A stretch of DNA of 64,000 bases from Octopus vulgaris (Eukaryota). The position numbers were made by a program, and so were the translations under genes. Shown here in pieces: positions 56,976 through 64,000 of the stretch. The stretch covers positions 42,098,001-42,162,000 of the forward strand of contig OX597816.1 of NCBI GenBank assembly GCA_951406725.2, written 5' to 3'. Numbering within the stretch: position 1 is the stretch's first letter; every line of letters begins with the position of its first letter. The notes beneath the pieces were generated by a model that saw only the letters and a list, made by a program, of their open reading frames with translations, was not told where the DNA came from and made no database searches.

Positions 56976-57599
56976 GGCAGGCGTTACACTTTCTTTCACA
57001 ATGGTTTTCACTGATAAAGTCAAGGCTTTTATAAAAGAGATATGTTTTTCACAAAGATGACATAAAACGCTAACATTGAAATAAAAAATATGATACGCTT
57101 CTCTCAGGAGAGATAAGTCAAATGGAACCACTTAGATATCATAATGAAATACGATATTCTCTTTATTTTTATTACCAAACACGTCTTCGCTAATAAAAAT
57201 GTAAAACAAATGATGAAAAGCTATCAATGCTTTTCAAATTGATATAAGCTATATAATGTTATGAATGTAAAAGAGTAAAGATACAATGACAAAACAGATA
57301 TTAGGTATTGTAAAAAATACCACCTAGATCTTTGAAATACATATCAATTTCGACAATGTTCATACAGTATTAGACGATATATTCCACAACGGATGGATTG
57401 TTTATTGCAAACACCTAAATATATCGTCACGGACGATATAATCCACAAGTATTTTTACCCATTCAATTCATTAACACAACTCATGGAAACTGGTTTCTAC
57501 ATAAATCAGACCACTCAATTTACGCTTACGAGTTACGAATTCCATCCGTGCCAAAGGCAGCCGATGAACATGTTAATGTAAGCGGTGACCAAAATCTAA

Positions 57600-60420
57600 A
57601 TACTATATTTTCCACTGCTCAGACAAGGAATCGATGAGCTGGGTATTGGAGACGATTTAGCATCAGATACAGCAAACCTCCCTCGGATGATTGACGACGC
57701 TTTGATTAGACGGTGTCACAAACTAGATAGTAGACTGTCCACCACCCGCATCTATCTACAAGTGTTTTCAGATCTGTAAGAGGTATTATTACATTCCCGC
57801 AGGATGGCATGAGTTTGGTATTTCTATCCCTTCTTCTGTCCCTGCAAAATTTCGTTGGTTTTCGATTAGTTCCTTGTTGAAGACTATATAGGGAAGACGG
57901 AAGAGAGATATCTTGATCAAATGAGCAGTCCAGCGAATTTGTTCGCTTTAGAATAAGCGATTGGATACTGAAGGAGCTGCATGATTTCAAGATGGTTCCA
58001 TATGGAATCTTTTCTATCCATGAGAAGTATAGAATTTGCTGGAGACATCTAATGGGAAAGGATTCAAGAATCGCCAGGTGTTTGCAGTAAACAATCCAGC
58101 CGTCCATACAATACAAAAAGAAATAGATAAAACGATGAAGTGAAGTTAAGCAGATTTCGTGGGAAGTATCAGATTGTTGTTGGAGAACCCTCTGGTCAAA
58201 CACGACGGAAAACTTTAGTCACCAATACGGTAAGAAAAGGAACCTTGGGCGGTGCATTGATACATTGCATCTGGTTTCTTGGTGTTAACCTTGAGGCCGT
58301 TCGCTCTAAGATTCAGGACATTCAGGGTCGATTCTTGATCATAAATTGGCTGGTCCCGCTAATCTGAGAACTGGAGCTCCAATATAATAGCAATCTGAGA
58401 TGATTGGGATATGAGTCGTCGGTGATTAAAAACCCTAACGCTCAGAGGATGCTCGATAAAGATTCTATAACCAGTATCGAGTTCACCCAGTACTAACTGA
58501 ATAAATTCTGTAACCGAAGAATTTTAAAAGAAACCGAGCAATTACGCAGCTTTGTTTTTCCCAAATACTACCAACAAGTATATATGATTCTCGAGATCTG
58601 ATGACCACTCAAGCTTTCATGCATTCAGAAACAATATGATGAGTCACAAAGTATTTAATTAGTATTCTACCTTATACAAGGAATCAGCGGAGAAGATAGT
58701 GATGTACAGTAAGGAACACCTTTCTCAAAGCGTTTGATAGGTCGACAAACAGCATGCAGAGGTCACGGTGTTCTTCTCCACTCACCCCTTGAATTTTGGT
58801 GTCCAGCAAAGATCATTTCACAGGTACTGCGATTCTTGTATTAACAACATCGTGATTCCAGTTGAACTCTCCGTTGGAAGGTAGAAGCATCTGGAGAGGA
58901 GAATACGATCTAGAATTTTCACCCTGAAGAGGTTGGTGGGAGCAACAAGCTGTTGACCACGTCAGGGCTATGATTCTTCGATATTCACTTGGGGAGTAAT
59001 GTGTTTAAACGTATCACGCAGTTGCAGTCAAAGCTCGCTCTGCCTTGCTTGAGATTTGAAAAGAGATTACTGATTATCTTAGGCTTTGGTTGCTTGAAAC
59101 GTGCGTGTTGACGCATCTGAAGGCAGATTCGAGAACAAATATGGTGGTGGACAGTCCAACACTCAGCTCCACACATTGCACTTGTATGGAGAACATTTTG
59201 GATGTGAAACTGGTGAAATACAATGTGGTCCAAAAGATGCCAATAATTGAAGCACAGGTGTTGTTAAGAGGCATTGTACTTTGATGTTCGTTGAAAGACT
59301 GCGTTCATGATCACAAGTCCATTCTCCGCACACATAGCAAGAAGACGAAGTCCGTTTGCATTGACATTTCCAATTCCAAGCTTACTAATAGTGCGCGACC
59401 AGTCATCACTGATTCGACGTGAGAGTTGAAACTGTGTTGAAAAAAAGGATCATTTCAAAGATTTGAGAGGAGCAATGTGTGAAGCTCGTCGGGAAAAAAG
59501 ATCTTTTGAGATCTTAAGCTGAGTCAAGAGTCATCGTGTGCATACTGATAAAAACGGAGAATTTGACATGCAATCAAACGAACAAAGAGAGTCATTTGTT
59601 TTGTTTTTTTATTTGTATCAACTAGCATCTCAGGAAGTTTCTGAAATAGTGTATTCCTGATGGCGACGTCTACACTATGGCACTGCCGCTCGTTGTTTGG
59701 CAGTCCTTTCTAGTAAAACGAGTAGGTAGAAACCTCCTTAACAATTTTTTCATCAGCAAGGCGGGTTTCGATGAAGGCCACGATATCGAGCTCTTATGCA
59801 GCAAGTTCAGTGGCAATAAGTGCAGTATAACAACAGGTTTGCTCTGCTTTTGTGGCCTCAATTTGTTTGTCCATTAGAGTAAGAATATTCTTGCCTGTAG
59901 TGAGTGTGAAGGGACAATATACAGCCCATCTTTTCTAGATTCCTCCCCACCTTAGGCAATCGCTCTGGATCCTGAAAAGGATCACTTGGTCACGCATCAA
60001 ACTGTCCAAGATGGTTATCATTTCGGTTTCCATTTTGTAGCGAGATCCGTCACGGATTGTCTACGCAAAGGGACTACATTTGAAGCTTTCAGATCGATCT
60101 TAATCCTACCCATCATAACGGAGTGCTCCCTCGCCGTATAGCTTGGAAATGGGGGAAGAAATAAGTTCTGCGCAGATGAGTAGTCTCCAGTGTGACAGGG
60201 GACGTGCAAACACCAGCTGCGGAAAATTAATTTTCATAGAACCCTGACAAGGATTCCAGGACGGACCAGGATGTAGATAGAGACTGCAGGGGCTGCCAAA
60301 TATCAATTCTATCAGAGACTACCTTAATGACCTCCATCCAGACATAGGTGAGAGACGACCACAGCTTATGCCCACACTTTGACAGCTCTTGCTTTTGGTT
60401 CTGCAGGGAATACAGAAACA
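57600..60420 (-). mobile_element. Old degenerate RTE-clade LINE
   Basis: NANGLRLL (APE) at about 59340-59365; LESFPIRCLQQIL..SWIEKIP (RTE C-terminus) at about 58005-58070; GC-richer than flanks; many stops. Confidence 0.7.
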
Positions 60421-61860
60421 CTTTTTATCCAAACGAGCTTAGTGGGTTTAGTGACAGATGGGCCGAACATAACTGAGTATACGGATTACATGGTTACTAG
60501 AAAAGCTCACTCTGCACAAAATACATAATAACGCTGAGTATCATGAGACAGGACACGTAATATATAAAAGATAAACACATGCAATAAGAAAGATATTTGT
60601 ATATTTCACAAGAGATATTCGACGCAAGAAAGAAAAGAGGCTCTGAAATAAACTCAGGAAAATGTAAACAAAATAATCTTTATCCAACACACTTAATCGC
60701 CCAGAACTAGATACTACACATATTGAAATTATCTGAACAACCACTAGCTTTATTTAAATGTTTAACATGTAGGAAAGGTACTGTTATGAGCGAAGTATTC
60801 TTTCACCACGCATGTATGCGCACATACACACACATAGATATACGTTCATTTTGATTATTAGATATATAAATGTATGTTACAAGTAACATCATATTTGCAG
60901 TCGATAGTTTCCTAACAGAATTTACTCTCTTATATCCTTAGTAATAGAAGAGAAACCCATCAGAGTATGCTCTTTATTAAACACTTCGGTAATCAATTGT
61001 GTAAAGTCTATAATGATAATCCAAGAATGTGTCATGTACAGCCTTAGCTATTTGAATCTGAATGATTTCTACACCGCAATCATCAATTTTACACAGCTGA
61101 AGGCAAGTTGTCTTGCTTAATTCCAATCCTTAAATGAAGTGTTATGCGAAACTGAATAAAATCAAGTATACCACTTCCCAATGCACGAAATAACTGCCCT
61201 TGTTTACAAACTAGTACAGAGATCTACATCAATATATGATTCATCTCGTGGAAAATCGATTATTTCGCTTCGAGGAAAAAGAGAAAATTTCTGAGCCTGA
61301 TAATGTTAATAACATAACTCGAGGTTTGAATACGAAACTATGGTAATTCCTAGTTTTCATATATTAGCTGCTTAACACATTACAGTTTAGCGCTTATAAG
61401 TAAGGCTAAAGAATGAATAATTATGAAACTCAACTGTATCAAATATGCAGCCTGGAAAAGAATATATAAATCGATGACCTACATAAGTATCTTTATTCTA
61501 TTGCCAACAAGTGTCGGAGATAAACATCCAAAGATATCTGCTATCTTACCAATATAATATGTAAATGCGCAGAAAAGTTCTGGTGTATTCAGTAAACAAA
61601 TCTATAGGTAAATATAGGCAAATATACTTTTAATTGTGTTAAAAAGAAACATTATTAATTAATTGTACTAATAAGAATTATTTGGGGGGCAAGTGGATAC
61701 ATAGTTGCTGTATATATCACTTGTGTAAAAAGCAAGAGGATTACTAGCCAGCACACCTCTTAAGATAAATAGATATTAGGTTATTCAAATTTTAAGTAAG
61801 AATGTAAGGAACGTACAACCATAATTAACCGTTCAGCCATAGCTGTTGCTTGCGTAATGG

Positions 61861-61952
<92 letters not shown>

Positions 61953-62405
61953 TATATACATATTTTACAAATGAGGGTGAAAAATTTGATATTAATTTAA
62001 TAATAGCATCAATTTAACACCAAGTGGCTTAGCACATAAAGCCAGGGATAAAATACAAATTTATACATAAATATGAGAGAGTAACCACTATGTTGTCGAC
62101 TCTAGTGCTAAAAATAGATCCGCTATGGTATAGCCACTAAAAAAATTGTTTCCAAGGAGAAATAACACAGCATTTAACGTAGAGCAAGTGAAAAATAACG
62201 AAAAAAATAGATTAACTCTGGACAATTGTTTCATTATATATGTAATATGCAATTTTACTTACATAACATCTATAATTCATCAGCAGAAGTTTGTCTAGAA
62301 TACAATTTAATAAATTACACATTAAATTTCGACGCATCGTCAAAACACACGGGCGGTTCAATCGATTGTATTAGCAGCTATGATTCAAATTCCCCCGCCA
62401 AAAGT

Positions 62406-62539
62406 GTGCCAAGACTTCGGGAAACGAATACTGCATAAAATATTTACTGCAGTAAAAATTTGATATTACCCTCATTTGTAAAATTTATTATACTGCAGTA
62501 AATATTTTATGCAGTATTCGTTTCCCGAAGTCTTGGCAC
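62406..62539. repeat. Perfect 49-bp inverted repeat with 36-bp loop
   Basis: gtgccaagacttcgggaaacgaatactgcataaaatatttactgcagta (62406-62454) and its reverse complement (62491-62539). Confidence 0.95.
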
Positions 62540-62883
62540 GGTCACGGTGATTACGGTGATATATATATATATAGATATATACACATACATATATATATAT
62601 GTGTATGTGTGTATATATATACGTATGTGTGTATATATATATATATCATGTTCCACTATATATGTATATATATGTATATGACGCATGGTCGATTTGCTTG
62701 AAACTATTGTTTAATTGTGTTTATTTATGTATTTATACACATGTAAATGTATATATATACTCTACTTATGAATGTATATATGTACATGCATAAGTGGATA
62801 TGGATATTTGTTCATATTTTTATATATATTAAATTGTACGTGTATCCTGTTTCATGTATTAATATTTTTAAAGTTCTTTATAA

Positions 62884-62996
62884 TCTCTGACGAGCCCTAT
62901 GGTTATATATAAGTACCTTATTTTTATATGTATACGACATCAATATAATTGACAACTATAGGCACTTTTTATCCACAGGCTGAAACAGCTGTAAGG
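62884..62996 (+). ncRNA. Type I hammerhead motif with a long stem II insertion
   Basis: tct CTGACGA gcc...(~80 nt)...ggc t GAAA cagctg TA agg; palindromic stem III typical of PLE hammerheads. Confidence 0.55.
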
Positions 62997-63357
62997 AGTG
63001 TTTTTAATGATTTCATTAATTTATGTTATGATTTTTATAATTGTATTCTTAACTTCTATGTATTTAATTATAATGTATATATGTATGCTATTAAGGTTCT
63101 CATTTTTGTTAAATGTATAAATAAGTCAACATTCTAATATCCGAAAGCTGATGAAACAAGTAAACTGTTTCTCTATTTTCTTATTTGTATTATAAATTAA
63201 TGGTAAAATATTTATTCACCTTCACCCACTTAATACAATAAATAAATTAATTGCATTGCAAATCAACGCATTTGTGTATTAAGAATTTGGGTGTTATACA
63301 GTATAATGGATAAATATTATCCCTTACTGGGTTGGATCCATAACCCCTAACTTACTT

Positions 63358-63442
<85 letters not shown>

Positions 63443-63445
63443 GTG

Positions 63446-63486
<41 letters not shown>

Positions 63487-63513
63487 ATGTATGTATGTAT
63501 ATATATATATATA

Positions 63514-63858
63514 TGTGGGAGTGAATTTTGGTGTATATATTGAGGTTTATGCATGGGTGTGGGAGTGAATTTTGGTGTATATATTGAGGTTTATGTATGG
63601 GTGTGGGAGTGAATTTTGGTGTATATATTGAGGTTTATGTATGGGTGTGGGAGTGAATTTTGGTGTATATATTGAGGTTTATGTATGGGTGTGGGAGTGA
63701 ATTTTGGTGTATATATTGAGGTTTATGTATGGGTGTGGGAGTGAATTTTGATGTATATATTGAGGTTTATGTATGGGTGTGGGAGTGAATTTTGGTGTAT
63801 ATATTGAGGTTTATGTATGGGTGTGGGAGTGAATTTTGGTGTATATATTGAGGTTTAT
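63514..63858. repeat. 44-bp minisatellite, about 8 near-identical copies
   Basis: Unit gtgtgggagtgaattttggtgtatatattgaggtttatgtatgg. Confidence 0.97.
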
Positions 63859-64000
63859 ATGTATGTATAGGTATGTGTGAGTGGTGTGGGTATTTGTATA
63901 TGTTGTGTGTGTGTGGTTTACGTGTGTGTATTTGTGTGTGAATGTATAGGTTATGGGGATTGCTATATAGGTATGTTATAGTGTTTAGTAAAGGGAGGTT

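Noticed and set aside
60000-60500. HDV-like ribozyme expected at an RTE 5' end
   Set aside because: I could not identify the nested double pseudoknot by eye; the element is too degenerate.
63514-63858. CRISPR-like regular repeat
   Set aside because: No unique spacers, eukaryotic context, no cas genes.

Overview
AT-rich, microsatellite-dense eukaryotic DNA with no recognisable host protein-coding exon, so probably a large intron or intergenic stretch. The SINE repertoire and (TA)n/(ATCT)n load resemble an Octopus (cephalopod) genome; this is inference. The window is mostly transposon remains: one young, 5'-truncated CR1-clade LINE (APE+RT, one frameshift and one stop, inserted in (TA)n), older RTE/CR1-like LINE remnants, a full-length degenerate mariner plus Tc1/mariner fragments, a tandemly duplicated Helitron PIF1-helicase remnant, four tRNA-derived SINE families, and several Penelope-like element (PLE) remnants. 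The most notable signal is about nine type I hammerhead-ribozyme motifs from about six PLE pseudo-LTR families, several with non-canonical cores. One pair lies in a ~460-bp near-perfect palindrome. There are also fold-back or templated hairpins beside (TA)n tracts. Most listed ORFs are microsatellite artefacts. All calls are by eye; no searches or folding were run.
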